Positions 48,321 to 59,527 are shown, counted from the stretch's first letter. The stretch: 64,000 nt of DNA from Candidatus Omnitrophota bacterium (GCA_015233115.1 JADFYJ010000015.1:450-64449); one strand, 5' to 3'. Notes: a model not told the origin generated them from the sequence alone. A program made the numbers and translations.

Positions 48321-49508
48321 TTATCCTCGCAATACTTTTAATATTTCTTTATTTAAGGTGAAGTTTTCCGTTTTCCACGATTGAACCATTTCCTGTTTCC
48401 GTTTGGCCCATAAATCCGCAAACGTATCCCAGCCAAAACGCGGGCCGATACGGTTCACCCAGGGAGGATTCGGCACATAACTATACAAACCGTCGGGAAA
48501 AATACTGCTCTTAACCGCTTTATACGTCCAATACGTCCAATGAAAATCAAACTGCGCCATCAATTCAATCATGTCTTTAAGCCAGATATCTTCGCCGTAA
48601 AGGCCTTGTCTGGCATTCACGCCGAACTCACCATTATAAATCGGTCTCTGACGCTGATTGGAAATTTTAGCATATTGTTCCAGATGTTTCTTGAGTGTCG
48701 AACGATTGCACTGGTATTCTTTTGTTTTCAGCGGATATTTTAACAAAGGCTCTAAATTAAACGTGAATTTCAAAGGCTCATAACTGTGAATACTGATCGC
48801 GTAATTATCATCTTCGTAATCATCCATGAAGGTAATATCCGTTGACCATTTATTTCCTTCGATAAATAAAATATGGTTCCGGTCCACGCAGCGAATCACT
48901 TTAATAACATCTTTATAAAATTTATTCAGCAATTTTGTGTCATCCATCACTGTCTCATTCAAAAGATCATATCCTGCCACGCCCGGACGATCTTTATAAC
49001 GATCCGCTAAAAATTCCCAAATCTTACACACGTGTTTTTGGTGAGCCGGGCTGGTCCACAAGCCCGCTTTGCCGTCGCTGTCAGCGTGCCAATCATGGTT
49101 CTGACTGCCCGGCGCGGCATGCAGGTCTAAAATCACCCATAAGCCATATTTCTCCGCCCAATCCACGGCCTGATCTAAATATTTGATGGCGCCTGTTTCA
49201 GACCCTTTGATTTGCGGCTCAAGGATCCGGTAATTAAACGGCACCCGGATACAATTAAAACCCATTCTTTTAATATTTTTGAAATCCTCTTCCCCAATAA
49301 ATGTAGACCGAAATGCTTTTTCAAATTCAGCCAAAGCTTCTGACCCTAATTTTTTCACAAACTCATTTTTAAATTTGTGTTCCGCGTAATTCGGCGCGCC
49401 AAGGATATAAGCTTCCATCATCAGCCACCCGCCGACATTAAAGCCGCGCAATTGAATAGCTTTGCCTTTTTGATCAACGATTTTTGTACCGCAAGTCTTT
49501 AAAAACAT
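48321..49508 (-). CDS. Glycoside hydrolase family 5 (cellulase-like), apparently cytoplasmic
   Basis: Start moved to MFLKTCGTKIVDQKGKAIQLRGFNVGGW; the upstream ORF-track part overlaps the deaminase gene. GH5 catalytic LNET (acid/base) and NGEFG (nucleophile). No signal peptide. Confidence 0.75.
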   Translation of the reverse strand: MFLKTCGTKIVDQKGKAIQLRGFNVGGWLMMEAYILGAPNYAEHKFKNEFVKKLGSEALAEFEKAFRSTFIGEEDFKNIKRMGFNCIRVPFNYRILEPQIKGSETGAIKYLDQAVDWAEKYGLWVILDLHAAPGSQNHDWHADSDGKAGLWTSPAHQKHVCKIWEFLADRYKDRPGVAGYDLLNETVMDDTKLLNKFYKDVIKVIRCVDRNHILFIEGNKWSTDITFMDDYEDDNYAISIHSYEPLKFTFNLEPLLKYPLKTKEYQCNRSTLKKHLEQYAKISNQRQRPIYNGEFGVNARQGLYGEDIWLKDMIELMAQFDFHWTYWTYKAVKSSIFPDGLYSYVPNPPWVNRIGPRFGWDTFADLWAKRKQEMVQSWKTENFTLNKEILKVLRG

Positions 49509-49518
49509 AGGTGCCTTT

Positions 49519-49992
49519 TTATTTTTTTGCAGAAGTATATTTTTCCAAATCATAAACAATATCTTTGCTCGGCATAGGGACCTTATCAATCTGGACTTTA
49601 GCTTTAGCAAAAAAATCCGTAGCCAGCGTGCTGTGATAATCAGAAAAAACCACCACCCTTTTGATTCCTGCCGCGATAACCGCTTTCGCACAAGTCGTAC
49701 AAGGCATGTTTGTGACATACGCAGTAGAGCCCTCAACCGCATTGCCGTGTTTCGCCGCCTGCATGAGCGCGTTCATCTCCGCGTGATTCGTCCGCTGACA
49801 ATGATTCTCCACCACCAAACACCCCACATCCTCACAATGCGCATCACCCGGAATAGACCCGTTATATCCCGTTGCAATCACACTTTTACCCTTTACCAAA
49901 ACACACCCGCAATGCATCCGCGGACACGTCGCGCGTTCCGATGCCAACATCGCCAATTTCATAAAATATTGATCCCAATCAGGACGCCCCAT
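49519..49992 (-). CDS. dCMP deaminase (zinc-dependent CMP/dCMP deaminase family)
   Basis: 157 aa. HAEMNAL and PCTTCA zinc ligands. Confidence 0.85.
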   Translation of the reverse strand: MGRPDWDQYFMKLAMLASERATCPRMHCGCVLVKGKSVIATGYNGSIPGDAHCEDVGCLVVENHCQRTNHAEMNALMQAAKHGNAVEGSTAYVTNMPCTTCAKAVIAAGIKRVVVFSDYHSTLATDFFAKAKVQIDKVPMPSKDIVYDLEKYTSAKK

Positions 49993-50011
49993 AAATACTC
50001 CCTTTTAATAA

Positions 50012-50255
50012 TTTTGATAGTAACAGAGTAACCGAGTAACCGAGTAACCGAGTAAAAGCAAACAAAAAAACATAAGCTATAAAATTATGATAGTAACAAA
50101 GTAAAAGCAAAAAAAAGCAAAAACCATAAAAAATTTGATAGTAACCTAACCATTCGCTATAAAAATATATTTCTAATTCACGTTATCCCTTGCCTTTTCG
50201 CTTTTCATCAATCGGTTTTGCTCTGTCACTCTGTTACTCTGTTACTCGGTTACTC
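50012..50255. repeat. Family B inverted-repeat-flanked element, copy 2
   Basis: Arm ttgatagtaacagagtaaccgagtaaccgagtaaccgagtaaaagc. Complementary arm aatcggttttgctctgtcactctgttactctgttactcggttac. Two internal partial ttgatagtaac copies. Confidence 0.75.
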
Positions 50256-50305
50256 ACACAGCTCGTCCATTCTACCAGACCGACGATTAACTGACAAGCC
50301 ATGGT

Positions 50306-51472
50306 TTATTGCAAAAACTCCATAATGCCGTTTATGCCTTGCATAAATATAGTCTGCGGAGTTAACAACGAAACGATCATGCACGGTTCATCCTGAAAAT
50401 CAAAAAAATAACCCGGATGCACAAACACCCCTTTTTCATCCAACAAACGCAGAATCAAGTCATCTTCGTCCATAGGCTGTTCAACCCGGCAAACCGCGTA
50501 CCATCCTCCGTCACAGTTCAACATCCTGATCCCTGAGCCAGCCACGACCTTTTCCTTTAAGTATTTGCGGTTAAACTCCAGTCGTTTCACAATTTGTTCA
50601 CGGATATTTTTTTGTATATTCATCCACGACGGCAAAGCGTTTTGGGACGGCGCATTCACCGACAGATAGGTGTCAGCAATAACTTCCAAACGACTCACCG
50701 CTTCATCCACTTCCCTCTCCGGCCCATTAATCACAATCCACGATAATTTCATTTGCGGCATAGCCAAAGCCTTGGAAACCCCTCCTAACACAAAAGTCAG
50801 ATTAGCCGTATTAGCTGCTAAACTGGGATAATCAATGCGGCCGTCAAACAAATAGTCCAAAAAAACCTCGTCGGAAATAATAGCTGATTGCGCGGTTCTG
50901 GCTGCCGCGTTAACCACAGCCAGATCATCCACATTAATCAGTGAACCGGTCGGGTTGTTGGGATTAACCAGCACAATCGCGCAGCAATTTTCTTTGATCC
51001 CCGCCTGCATACTGTTCGCGGAAACAGCCCATCTGGAGCCAGTATAATCTAACTGATACGTCTTCATTTTAAGATCATTGATATCAACCAAAAACTGAAA
51101 CAGCGGATAACTCGGTTCGGGAAATAAAATCGTATCTTTAGGGTTCCCCAAAAGGCGAAATAAAAACGAATACCCTTCTGACGTGCTGGCTGTTAAAAAT
51201 ATCCTCTGCAAAGGAACATTGATCCCCCGCGCCGCGTAATAATTTTGCACTGCCTCCCGCGCGGATTTAAGGCCCTGTGATGCCGGCTCATAAACCAAAT
51301 TCCGCTTATCCCCTAACGCGGCTAAAATTTCTTCTTCCGGATACTCAAACTGACATTGCGTCGGGTTCGACACCGTCAAATCGAAAAACAGCTTCCCCTG
51401 CGCTTTCAAATCCGCGATTTTAAGCGAAATCTCATTCGGTTCCATTTGCCAGTTTGTTCTTTGGGAAAACAT
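50306..51472 (-). CDS. PLP-dependent aminotransferase, class I/II
   Basis: 388 aa. Fold-type I pattern. SKALAMPQMK lysine region. Confidence 0.8.
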   Translation of the reverse strand: MFSQRTNWQMEPNEISLKIADLKAQGKLFFDLTVSNPTQCQFEYPEEEILAALGDKRNLVYEPASQGLKSAREAVQNYYAARGINVPLQRIFLTASTSEGYSFLFRLLGNPKDTILFPEPSYPLFQFLVDINDLKMKTYQLDYTGSRWAVSANSMQAGIKENCCAIVLVNPNNPTGSLINVDDLAVVNAAARTAQSAIISDEVFLDYLFDGRIDYPSLAANTANLTFVLGGVSKALAMPQMKLSWIVINGPEREVDEAVSRLEVIADTYLSVNAPSQNALPSWMNIQKNIREQIVKRLEFNRKYLKEKVVAGSGIRMLNCDGGWYAVCRVEQPMDEDDLILRLLDEKGVFVHPGYFFDFQDEPCMIVSLLTPQTIFMQGINGIMEFLQ

Positions 51473-51487
51473 AGTGATAATCCTATC

Positions 51488-52693
51488 TTAAACCCTGATC
51501 TTTTTTTTGAGCAAATTTGCGTATTCGTGAAATCCTAAGTAATCAGCATCTTTAACCGATTGCGTTTCATCATCTAAAGAAACAACCAATCCTTTTCCGG
51601 TATTCAACTTAGCAAACAATTCTCTGAATCTTTTTATGCTATCCGACATTTCTGATTTTTTTGTCATACTCATTTTAAATTCAACAGGAATGACTTGACC
51701 CCGGATTTCTATCAACAGATCAACTTCTAACTGATTGGCGGTTCTAACATAATAAACATTATCTCGTTGGCCAGCATTTAAAATAGTTTTAATGGTTTCT
51801 TCAACACAAAAATTTTCAAATATATTTCCGGCCAAATAAGATTGAAATATCTGTGTCTTAGTTTCCAATCCTAACAAATAACACAAAAATCCGGAATCTA
51901 AAAAATATACCTTGGGACTTTTAATGACCCTCTTACCAAAATTTTCATAATAGGGCTTGAGTAGATACACAATTTTCGAACTTATTAAAACGGAAACCCA
52001 ATTTTGAATTGTCGGTACTGCCACACCTATACTGGCGGCTAAATCTGAATAATTTAATATTTGCCCGCATCGGCCCGCCAATAGTTGCAATAGTTTATGA
52101 AATTGCAAAACATTTCCGACACCAAAATAATTTTTTATATCCCTCTCTAAATAAGTCCCCAAATAACTTTTATACCAATTATTTCTGTCCGCTTGGTTTC
52201 TTTTTAATAATAACGCGGGATAAGATCCATTAACACAAGACTTAACAAAAAGGTTTAAACTTTTTTGTTCCGGTTTAATATTTTCTTTTTCCAAAGATGA
52301 AAACGATAATAATTCGAGAATGGCAATCCGACCAGCTAACGTTTCCGATAAATTTTTCATCATACTAAACTGCTGAGAACCGGTTAATATATATCTTCCG
52401 AATACCTGCGGGTTCTCGTCAATTTTAATTTTAAGATATGGTAAGATTTCCGGGCAATATTGAATTTCATCCAAGATGAATTTACCATCCAAATTGTCCA
52501 AAAATAATTTTGGATCTGTTTTCGCGAAATCAACTGAGGAAACATCGTCAAAGGTCAAATATTGATAATGAGGAAACAAATGTCTGAGTAAAGTCGATTT
52601 TCCGGACTGCCGCGGGCCGGTTAACACGACCCCGGGAAATGACTTTAAACACCCAAGCACGGTTGCTTCTATGGCGCGTTTATAATATTTCAT
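51488..52693 (-). CDS. AAA-superfamily ATPase with a DUF4143-type C-terminal domain
   Basis: 401 aa. Walker A GPRQSGKSTLL. Architecture typical of the AAA_14+DUF4143 family. Confidence 0.7.
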   Translation of the reverse strand: MKYYKRAIEATVLGCLKSFPGVVLTGPRQSGKSTLLRHLFPHYQYLTFDDVSSVDFAKTDPKLFLDNLDGKFILDEIQYCPEILPYLKIKIDENPQVFGRYILTGSQQFSMMKNLSETLAGRIAILELLSFSSLEKENIKPEQKSLNLFVKSCVNGSYPALLLKRNQADRNNWYKSYLGTYLERDIKNYFGVGNVLQFHKLLQLLAGRCGQILNYSDLAASIGVAVPTIQNWVSVLISSKIVYLLKPYYENFGKRVIKSPKVYFLDSGFLCYLLGLETKTQIFQSYLAGNIFENFCVEETIKTILNAGQRDNVYYVRTANQLEVDLLIEIRGQVIPVEFKMSMTKKSEMSDSIKRFRELFAKLNTGKGLVVSLDDETQSVKDADYLGFHEYANLLKKKIRV

Positions 52694-52870
52694 GCTTAAT
52701 TTATAACATTTTCCTACACAGTAGTCAATGCAAATTTAATCTATTACTTTAAATATGCATTATACAAATACGCCCCCATTCCTTCACTTGTCAAGCGCGC
52801 CATTGGCGGTAAACTTCCCCGGCCCAATGATTTCTGGAGAAATTCTTATTTAAAATTTACTCTAAAGTAT

Positions 52871-53569
52871 CTACTCCGCGCTTCTAGGTCTAAATTCTGT
52901 ACTTCTCGCTAATCTGGCTTTTAATTCTTTCACCTGCTGTTCTAACTGCAGATAATCGGTTTTGGCAACCCACTCGGTGTCTTTTTTCTCTTGGGATAAT
53001 TCCTGATTTTTCCGTCGCAGATCATTAACTTGGACTTTTAATCCTTCGACTTCGGCATTTAAGCGCATATTGTCCGTATCCAATTTACGGCGGATTTCTT
53101 CCTGATCTGCGGTAAGACGGCGCAATTCCGCGAGCTCTTTTTCCATTCGGATATTCTGACCGTGTTCATGGCTATAGGTTTCCTGCAGATGCGTCAAATC
53201 AGTTTTTAACTTCTGCATTTCTTCTTTGCGCTTTGTAATATCCTGTTCTTCTTTTTTATGCCACACCCGTTCCTGTTCCAGCCTCTCATCAAGTTTTTTT
53301 AATTTAGCCTGCTCAATTAATATCAGCTTATCCTTAGCCGCGGATTCTTTTTCCAATTTGCCGATCTGCTCACGAGCGGCCTGCACATGTTTTTCAAGTT
53401 TTAAACAAGCCTCTTTCCAATCTTTCTGCTCTTTAGGCAGTTCTTCCGGCTTAACCTTCGCCGCTTTCTTTTTTGCCGATTTTTTCTGCTCCGGCACCAA
53501 ATAAATCGCGATCATCGCGACAATGATCAAAGTGATCAAAGCTATTCCCCAAATCATGTATGAATCCAT
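52871..53569 (-). CDS. Membrane-anchored coiled-coil protein
   Basis: 232 aa. N-terminal TM IWGIALITLIIVAMIAIYLV, then a long Lys/Glu-rich coiled coil. Confidence 0.55.
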   Translation of the reverse strand: MDSYMIWGIALITLIIVAMIAIYLVPEQKKSAKKKAAKVKPEELPKEQKDWKEACLKLEKHVQAAREQIGKLEKESAAKDKLILIEQAKLKKLDERLEQERVWHKKEEQDITKRKEEMQKLKTDLTHLQETYSHEHGQNIRMEKELAELRRLTADQEEIRRKLDTDNMRLNAEVEGLKVQVNDLRRKNQELSQEKKDTEWVAKTDYLQLEQQVKELKARLARSTEFRPRSAE

Positions 53570-55260
53570 TACTTTCCCCCTTTAAGTGCCTTAAGGCACA
53601 AATCTAAATTTTTCTGTGCCGCCGCGTTATCCGGCTTTATGGCTAATACTTTCTCATAATATTTCTTCGCCATTTTATGCTGTCCGCTGAAACTATAAAT
53701 AACCCCTTCCAAATTGAGAGCTTCAATATTTGTATCGTAATAGCGCAAACTCTTTTTCACCATGACTAACGCGTCAATACGCTGATTCAATCCTAAATAC
53801 GCTGTGGCAGCCTCATAATAGACTTTACCGGCAAACTTCCCATAAAGAATTTTAGCGGCGGGTAATGTCGTGTTGCTACGATAATAAAGAAATCTCTGCC
53901 CAGCTACTTCATACTGCTCTAAAGCCTTATGATATAAACCCCGATCCGCATAGGCCACGCCCAGGAGTTCCCTGCCTCTGCCAAAATCAGGTTCATACTT
54001 TATGGTCTTTTCGAAAATGGGAATTTCTCCGCGCCACATCCAGACTTGAAGGAATGACAGTGTTAAAAAAACCGCAGATATCAGCCAACAGATATTTAAC
54101 CTTAATTGTATCTGTTCCGTAGGCACAAACGCATCTCCCACCGCATAAAAAAAAATCAGGATACCGGCCAAAGGCAAATATAAAAAATGTTCCGCGGACA
54201 AAATAAAAGAATATTCATTGATCAACGGCACAATGTTTAAAACCGGCAGTAAAAAAATGAAAAACCAAATCAATCCAAAAACAGCCATCCTCCTGCGGCC
54301 GGGATCCATACGCTGTAAGATCCAAATCACGGCCAACGCGGCCATCCATAACCCAAGGCACGGGACAGCCCAGGGAGAAAATATATCCGTACTCCGGTAA
54401 TAATGTAAGCCTGATGGAAAAATAATAATTTTAAAATAATTGAGCAACGTTAAAGGAATAACCCGGACTCGCAGCCATAATTCTTCACTAAAACTGAAAA
54501 AATAAAATTCATTCGCCGTATGCGCCACAAAACGACGGAATAAAAAATATAAAACAAAAATTACCAGCAATCCCGTCCATATAAGCCATTTATTTTTTAC
54601 GACCTGAATAATTTTTTTTTCTCCTAATAACCAATCCGCCGCGAATAACACGATCGGCAACGCCACGGCCTGTTCTTTGGCCATTAAACCCGCAAAAAAA
54701 CTTAAGCCAAGAACCAGCCCCCACCATGATTGATTTTCCATTTTTTGATAAGACAAAAAACACCACAAAATAAAAAACGCATAAACAATATTGGACATGC
54801 CGGAAATACAGGCCACAGATTCGGTCTGCACTGGATGAATGAGAAACAATAAAGACACCCAAAAGGCTGCATGCGTACTCAAGAGAGAGCTCCCCGTCAC
54901 ATTTTTTTTCAGCCAACCTTTTAAAACACTAAAAAGTAAAACCCCATTAATAAAATGCAAAATAAAATTAAAGGCATGATATCCGGCAGGAAACGGCCCA
55001 AAAACTCGATATAACAAACGGTTTATCAATTCTAAAACCGGCCGGTAATAACTGTTGACCAACGCTTCCCCGGTGCTGAAAACTTCCGTCTGAAATATGG
55101 TTTTTATATCTAAACTATGAATGTAGGGATTTAATAAAATGAAAAACTTTTCATCATGTACAAAAGGAAACAGCATGGTACAAACATAAATCAGGATAAC
55201 GCTGATGAAAAAAACGCCCCAAACCAGCGATCGCGTGACAGGGAGATTACGCAGGGCCAT
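53569..55260 (-). CDS. Polytopic membrane protein with a C-terminal TPR domain
   Basis: 563 aa. ~10 predicted TM helices, then TPR-like repeats (AYADRGLYHKALEQYEVA...). Resembles ArnT/PMT-like or O-antigen-ligase-like TPR membrane proteins. Confidence 0.6.
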   Translation of the reverse strand: MALRNLPVTRSLVWGVFFISVILIYVCTMLFPFVHDEKFFILLNPYIHSLDIKTIFQTEVFSTGEALVNSYYRPVLELINRLLYRVFGPFPAGYHAFNFILHFINGVLLFSVLKGWLKKNVTGSSLLSTHAAFWVSLLFLIHPVQTESVACISGMSNIVYAFFILWCFLSYQKMENQSWWGLVLGLSFFAGLMAKEQAVALPIVLFAADWLLGEKKIIQVVKNKWLIWTGLLVIFVLYFLFRRFVAHTANEFYFFSFSEELWLRVRVIPLTLLNYFKIIIFPSGLHYYRSTDIFSPWAVPCLGLWMAALAVIWILQRMDPGRRRMAVFGLIWFFIFLLPVLNIVPLINEYSFILSAEHFLYLPLAGILIFFYAVGDAFVPTEQIQLRLNICWLISAVFLTLSFLQVWMWRGEIPIFEKTIKYEPDFGRGRELLGVAYADRGLYHKALEQYEVAGQRFLYYRSNTTLPAAKILYGKFAGKVYYEAATAYLGLNQRIDALVMVKKSLRYYDTNIEALNLEGVIYSFSGQHKMAKKYYEKVLAIKPDNAAAQKNLDLCLKALKGGK

Positions 55261-55627
55261 ATTCTTTCCGGACTAATTGCATCTGTTCGGTTAATTTCGC
55301 ATACTCCTCATCCAATTGGACCAACACGGCCTCAGCTCCATCAAGGGTGTTATTTTTTCCCATCATCTCTAATTTCATACACACTTCACGGACTAGTTTG
55401 GCCGATATATTTCCGGAAGCACCTTTGACAGAATGAGCTACACCCCGGATATTTTCAAAATTTTTTTCTTTAATAGCCTCGCCTAATTGTTGTCGTTTTC
55501 CAGGAAAGTCTTCCATAAAAATGTCAAACAATTCCAACATCAATTCTTTGTCATCTTGAACCCGTTCTAACAACTCCGGAACATCAATAATTGGATCATT
55601 CATCTGCATTCCTTTTTTGTAAAACAT
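55247..55627 (-). CDS. Hpt (histidine phosphotransfer) domain protein
   Basis: 126 aa. [15 protein letters not shown] Hpt signature. Overlaps the hybrid kinase gene. Confidence 0.75.
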   Translation of the reverse strand: MFYKKGMQMNDPIIDVPELLERVQDDKELMLELFDIFMEDFPGKRQQLGEAIKEKNFENIRGVAHSVKGASGNISAKLVREVCMKLEMMGKNNTLDGAEAVLVQLDEEYAKLTEQMQLVRKEYGPA

Positions 55628-57950
55628 CTTCTATTTCTTTAATTAATTTTTTCCGGTCAATCGGTTTTGAAACATATCCGTCCATCCCCGCATCTAAACA
55701 AATTTTCCGGTCTTCCTGCATCGCCCGCGCTGTCAAAGCAATAATCGGAATATGTTTCCCCGTATTCTTTTCCAAATCCCTGATCGTACGGGTTGCTTGC
55801 AAACCGTCCATCTCCGGCATATAAGAATCCATCAGAACTAAATCAAACTGTTCACTGCGCATCGCCTTTAACGCTTCTTTTCCATTGATGACGGACAAAA
55901 CTTCCCAACCCTGTTTTTCCAGCATCCGGCTCGCAATCTTTTGATTAACTAAATTATCTTCGGCTAAAAGAATTTTCAAATACTTGATCCCGGAGGATGC
56001 ATCACTGGACGGCATATCCCCCATAGACTCAATGATCTGGCTGGAACCTTTTTTCACTAAGTCAAATGTGGCGGTAAAAAGAAATGTACTCCCTTTGCCT
56101 TCCACACTCTCAACCCAAATTCTGCCTTCCATCATTTCCACTAAACGTTTACAAATCGCCAATCCCAGTCCTGTCCCTCCGTACCGCCGGGCGGTTGATT
56201 CATCCGCCTGCGTGAATACTTCAAAAATTTTATCGATCTTATCCGCTGGAATACCAATTCCTTCATCCTGGATAGCGAACACCAACGTCACTTTTTCTCC
56301 CTTACGCTGATCGAGTTTGATCGAAGTACGAATTTGCCCTTGCGGCGTAAACTTAATCGCATTATTAATCAAATTAATGATAATCTGCCGTACTCTGACG
56401 GGGTCTCCCATAATCAATTCGGGAACGTCAGGGGCAACATTTAACACGAGTTCCAAATTTTTATCCTTAGCAATCACCGCCAAACCTTTACACGTGTTTT
56501 TCACCACGTTAGGCAAGTGAAAATCAATATGCTCGAGTGTAATTTTTCCAGCTTCAACCCGCGACAAATCCAAAATATCATTCAACAAACCCAATAAATT
56601 ATCCGCGGCTTCGCGGGCCACCACCAAATTTTCACGTTGTTCCGTACCGAGCGTCATATCCAAAGTTAAATCCAACATTCCTAAAATCGCGTTCATAGGC
56701 GTCCGCACTTCATGTGACATATTGGCCAGGAACATAGACTTTGTCTGATTAGCTTCTTCGGCGGCTAACTTGGCTTGTAGTAATTTTTCTTCCAATCTTT
56801 TCCGTTTGGTAATATCCACCAAAATACCAACAGATCCCATGACGGCTCCGTCTTCGTCTTTTAAAATATTAACCGACAGATCCACATCAATTAAATCCCC
56901 CGTCTTGGTCTTCACCTGAATTTCCAAATGGTGTTCACTGCCTTTTTTACGGATTTCCGCCGAACGAATTTTTTCCCATTCCTGAACAGGATATAATTCC
57001 TTGATCATCTTCAAGTGTAATTCTTCATTAGAATAACCCAATAATTGTTCCGTATATTTATTCCAAGACACAATCTGTTCTTTATCGTTTGTTAAAATAA
57101 TCGAGGCGGGAGAATTATCTAATAAAATGCGGATCTTTTGTTCAGACTCAATCACTTTTTTTTCAGCCACTTTTTGACAGGTAATATCCCGCATGATCGC
57201 GATCAAGCCCATCGGTTTATTCTCTGCGTTTTTCAAAACCGATATGGTTAAATGTACATCAAACAAGCTTCCGTCTTTACGGCAAAATTGCGTTTGAATA
57301 TCAGACAAGACATTGCGGTCACCGGTCGCCAGCGCCATTTTAATGCGTTTCCACTCCTTGCCTGGACAAAGCTCTTTAATCACTTTGTTGAACAAGTCTC
57401 CTTTTTCCATCAAAAGCATTTTTTCAGAAGAAGGATTCCAAGCCACAATCCGGTCATTTTCATCTGTCACAATAATCCCAGCCGACGTTGTATCAAATAT
57501 GGTCTTAAATAATTCCTTGGATTCGGATAATTCAATCTCATATCTGCGCTGACGGGAATTCTCAAATAAAGAAATATCTATAAAATCCTGCTCAGTTTTA
57601 GTGTCAACAACTCTCTGCCCATACGCTAAACAGCTCAAAGGTTCTTTACTGTTGCCTTTCAGATATACCTGAAATTCTTCGACCGTACCTTGATCCTTAA
57701 GGATATCCATCAAATCTAAATAGTTTCCTGATTGCACAAACAAATCTTGAACCAACATTTGGGATAAAGCTTTGGCTGGCAACCCCAACATCCGGCTCAA
57801 TCCAAAATTAAAATATACAATCTTCGGTTTAGCTCCGCCTTTGGCCCTAAAAATTCCAACCGGTAGATGCTCCGTTAACTCAGCTAAGGAATTATGTTCC
57901 ACTGCCATAACGCCGTTTCCTTTTAATTTTAAAGTTAACCAATACCGCAA
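55596..57950 (-). CDS. Hybrid sensor histidine kinase (PAS x at least 3, HisKA, HATPase_c, C-terminal REC)
   Basis: 784 aa. [16 protein letters not shown] (H-box). [25 protein letters not shown]...[13 protein letters not shown]. Confidence 0.9.
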   Translation of the reverse strand: MRYWLTLKLKGNGVMAVEHNSLAELTEHLPVGIFRAKGGAKPKIVYFNFGLSRMLGLPAKALSQMLVQDLFVQSGNYLDLMDILKDQGTVEEFQVYLKGNSKEPLSCLAYGQRVVDTKTEQDFIDISLFENSRQRRYEIELSESKELFKTIFDTTSAGIIVTDENDRIVAWNPSSEKMLLMEKGDLFNKVIKELCPGKEWKRIKMALATGDRNVLSDIQTQFCRKDGSLFDVHLTISVLKNAENKPMGLIAIMRDITCQKVAEKKVIESEQKIRILLDNSPASIILTNDKEQIVSWNKYTEQLLGYSNEELHLKMIKELYPVQEWEKIRSAEIRKKGSEHHLEIQVKTKTGDLIDVDLSVNILKDEDGAVMGSVGILVDITKRKRLEEKLLQAKLAAEEANQTKSMFLANMSHEVRTPMNAILGMLDLTLDMTLGTEQRENLVVAREAADNLLGLLNDILDLSRVEAGKITLEHIDFHLPNVVKNTCKGLAVIAKDKNLELVLNVAPDVPELIMGDPVRVRQIIINLINNAIKFTPQGQIRTSIKLDQRKGEKVTLVFAIQDEGIGIPADKIDKIFEVFTQADESTARRYGGTGLGLAICKRLVEMMEGRIWVESVEGKGSTFLFTATFDLVKKGSSQIIESMGDMPSSDASSGIKYLKILLAEDNLVNQKIASRMLEKQGWEVLSVINGKEALKAMRSEQFDLVLMDSYMPEMDGLQATRTIRDLEKNTGKHIPIIALTARAMQEDRKICLDAGMDGYVSKPIDRKKLIKEIEDVLQKRNADE

Positions 57951-58209
57951 TCACATTAAAAATCGCGACCGCTGCGGTCAAAAAACCCATGCACATCGCG
58001 AATACCATGCGCCACTCTTTACCGGACGGAAAAAAATTTAATTCTTTCCCCAAATACCAGATCAAGACCAACGTCACTAATAACGTGGCGCCCGCAATCA
58101 CAAACACGAACAGAGAAAACAAAAAAGAAATCAAAAGCACATAAAGATTGTAAATCAGAAGCCGTCCCCGCGCAATTTTGCTGGCAGCAATCCCTATCCG
58201 TTTCATCAA
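57892..58209 (-). CDS. Small membrane protein (two TM helices)
   Basis: 105 aa. [38 protein letters not shown]. The start may be the internal Met, given the 59-nt overlap with the kinase. Confidence 0.4.
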   Translation of the reverse strand: MMKRIGIAASKIARGRLLIYNLYVLLISFLFSLFVFVIAGATLLVTLVLIWYLGKELNFFPSGKEWRMVFAMCMGFLTAAVAIFNVIAVLVNFKIKRKRRYGSGT

Positions 58210-58845
58210 TTACCTTTCAAATTTAACCACATTCTCCCACCATTTTCCGCTATCCCAGTCTTTCATGGAATCCCACAATTGACGGGCAGTTACAGTTTTT
58301 AAATGGTCCGGAGCGGCACGAAAAAATTTTTTTGCCTGCGGGTGTCCGCAATCGTAATATTCTTTGGCCTGCAGCAAACATTCGAGGATATCCGCATCCC
58401 GGGCGACAATGGCTTCTGCTGTTTGCTGAGCGTCATAATCTCCCCGGATCCCCGCCATTTCCCGGCTGACCTTTTTGTCTAACGGCCTGATTTGGTCCGC
58501 GAAAACTTTTTTCTCCGCTTCTTTAAAATCAATATAATAATGACCCATTTTGTGCAGATCATTAATCCGCGCTTCATGAATATCATTAAACAAAGTCATT
58601 AACAAAACTTTGTATGGATCCACGCCTTCCAAATGCGCCATATAATACCCCATGACCGCACAGCGGAAACAATGTTCAGCCACAGTCTCCGGATCTTTAA
58701 TCCCGGCGACCCACCAGCCGCTTCGTTTGATTTTTTTCAAAAGCCCGGCTTCCGCGAAAAAATCAACGGCCGCCCCGAAATCAATCTTTTTCAAGGGCGA
58801 AATTTTTTTGTTTTTGACGTTTTTGTCTAGTAATTTCATAAGCAA
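58210..58845 (-). CDS. HD-superfamily phosphohydrolase (YfbR-like 5'-nucleotidase family)
   Basis: 211 aa. ETVAEHCFRCAV...LFNDIHEARINDL HD-domain metal ligand pattern. Confidence 0.6.
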   Translation of the reverse strand: MLMKLLDKNVKNKKISPLKKIDFGAAVDFFAEAGLLKKIKRSGWWVAGIKDPETVAEHCFRCAVMGYYMAHLEGVDPYKVLLMTLFNDIHEARINDLHKMGHYYIDFKEAEKKVFADQIRPLDKKVSREMAGIRGDYDAQQTAEAIVARDADILECLLQAKEYYDCGHPQAKKFFRAAPDHLKTVTARQLWDSMKDWDSGKWWENVVKFER

Positions 58846-59527
58846 TAATGGTTAAAGCTTGTGCGGCATTAAAAGAAATTGTTTCAGCATACATAGGGAT
58901 TGAAATTCGTTCATCCACCTGGGCCAGCACCACATCGCGTATGCCTTTTTGCTCTGACCCAATCACAACTCCGACTAATGGAGGAAATTCGTTTGTTCCT
59001 AAAAATTGACCTTTAGATACATCCGCCGCGATAATCCAAAAATTCTCTTCCTTGGCTTTTTTGATCGCGTTAACAAGATTGGGGACCCGGCATATCGGCA
59101 CATAATTATCCCCGCCGGACGCGATTCGCAAGACTGCCTCAGTCACGCTCACAGAATTGTGCGTCGTTAAAATAATCGCGAAACGTCCTAAACAGGCCAG
59201 ACTACGGATCATGACGCCCAGATTCTGCGGATCATTCAATCCGTCCAAAAAAATTAAAGTCCGGTGTTTTTCCGCCGCATTCGACAACACCACATCCAGC
59301 TCCGCGTATTCGAAATCTTCCACATCCGCGATGAAACCTTGGTGATTTTTATCGCGTCCAATTTTCGACATCTTAGATTCGTGTACTAAAATAAACGGCA
59401 CATGGTTCTGCGCTGCTTTTTTCTGAATAGGGCCGCCTTGCACTCCTTGTTGAATATATATTTTTTTTACTGATGCCGGATTAGCGCGGATCCGCTCTAA
59501 AACCGGATTGATTCCGTATAATTTCAT
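58781..59527 (-). CDS. rlmB: 23S rRNA (guanosine-2'-O)-methyltransferase, RlmB/SpoU family
   Basis: 248 aa. N-terminal SpoU substrate-binding domain (MKLYGINPVLERI). SPOUT motifs FLDGLNDPQNLGVMIRS and VIGSEQKGI. Confidence 0.8.
   Translation of the reverse strand: MKLYGINPVLERIRANPASVKKIYIQQGVQGGPIQKKAAQNHVPFILVHESKMSKIGRDKNHQGFIADVEDFEYAELDVVLSNAAEKHRTLIFLDGLNDPQNLGVMIRSLACLGRFAIILTTHNSVSVTEAVLRIASGGDNYVPICRVPNLVNAIKKAKEENFWIIAADVSKGQFLGTNEFPPLVGVVIGSEQKGIRDVVLAQVDERISIPMYAETISFNAAQALTIIAYEITRQKRQKQKNFALEKD

Noticed and set aside
57892-58209. Considered calling the 105-aa membrane ORF a sensor domain of the adjacent hybrid kinase
   Set aside because: It is a separate frame that overlaps the kinase start by 59 nt. 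It is kept only as a low-confidence small membrane protein.
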